Assembly (NCBI RefSeq): GCF_036321535.1
Contig: NC_087437.1
Span: 66,404,001-66,468,000, forward strand
DNA from: Camelus dromedarius
Lineage: Eukaryota
Direction: 5' to 3'
DNA: 64,000 nt
The notes below the pieces were generated by a model. It ran no database searches. It saw only the letters and a list, made by a program, of their open reading frames with translations, and was not told the DNA's origin. The position numbers and the translations under genes were made by a program. Positions 63,580 through 64,000 of this stretch are shown one piece after another. Numbering within the stretch: the stretch's first letter is position 1; each line of letters starts with the position of its first letter.

Positions 63580-64000
63580 AAAGAACATCACTTGCCAACA
63601 GTCACGTGAAGATGTTCAGCATCACTAAGCACTAGGGACATGCAAATCAAACACAAGGAGACTGCGCTTCACACCCATTATGATGGCTGCTGTCACAAAA
63701 ACAGAAAACAACAAGTGATGGCAAGGATGTGGAGAAATTAGACCCTTTGTGTATTGCCGGGGGGGAAAATACAATGATGCAGCCACTATGGAAAACAGTA
63801 TGGAGGTTCCTCAAAAAATTTAAAATGGAATTGCTATATGGTCCAGCAATTCCAATTCTGGATTGAAAGCAGGGTCTCAAAGAGATATGTGCACACCAAT
63901 GTTCACACCAGTGTTATTCACAACAGTCAAAAGTTGGAAGCAACCAAACTGTCCATCAACAGATAAATGGATAAACAAAATGCAGCATATACATACAATG
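63580..64000 (+). mobile_element. Old L1M ORF2 3' fragment (runs off the window)
   Basis: atgttcagcatcacta...atgcaaatcaaa...aggatgtggagaaa...gcagccactatggaaaacagtatggaggttcctcaaaaa...aactgtccatcaacagataaatggataaac. Confidence 0.9.

Noticed and set aside
53219..64000. NR1I2 exon 1 / promoter
   Set aside because: No first exon could be identified with confidence. The CpG-containing patch at ~61880-62090 is only suggestive, and exon 1 probably lies beyond the window.

Overview
Mammalian genomic DNA, most likely a camelid, judged from Vic-1-like tRNA-derived SINEs and young artiodactyl-type L1 3' ends. Two genes converge tail to tail. On the + strand is the 3' half of GSK3B: the 39-nt neural cassette exon at 3060-3098, exons 5892-6078 and 19106-19204, the terminal coding exon 34143-34210, and a ~4.8-kb 3' UTR to ~39030. 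On the - strand is the complete coding region of NR1I2/PXR: 8 coding exons at 53196-42718, 1305 nt = 434 aa, starting at a CTG codon; its non-coding exon 1 was not located. The rest is intron or intergenic DNA with SINE, L1, L2, CR1, MIR, MaLR, Tigger2 and MER5A relics. Nearly all ORFs in the supplied track are spurious. The standout unexplained structure is around the GSK3B 39-nt exon. An intronic ~125-nt segment (2332-2459) is an antisense copy of the whole exon plus its putative branch point, 3' splice site and 5' splice site (2994-3117), with perfect 21-bp and 17-bp helices. Nearby are a local decoy hairpin, a colinear alternative long-range fold, a palindrome array and a candidate extra 27-nt microexon. 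Together these suggest an RNA-structure switch controlling GSK3-beta2 splicing. All helices were found by eye and no folding or database search was run; the weaker helices may be chance.
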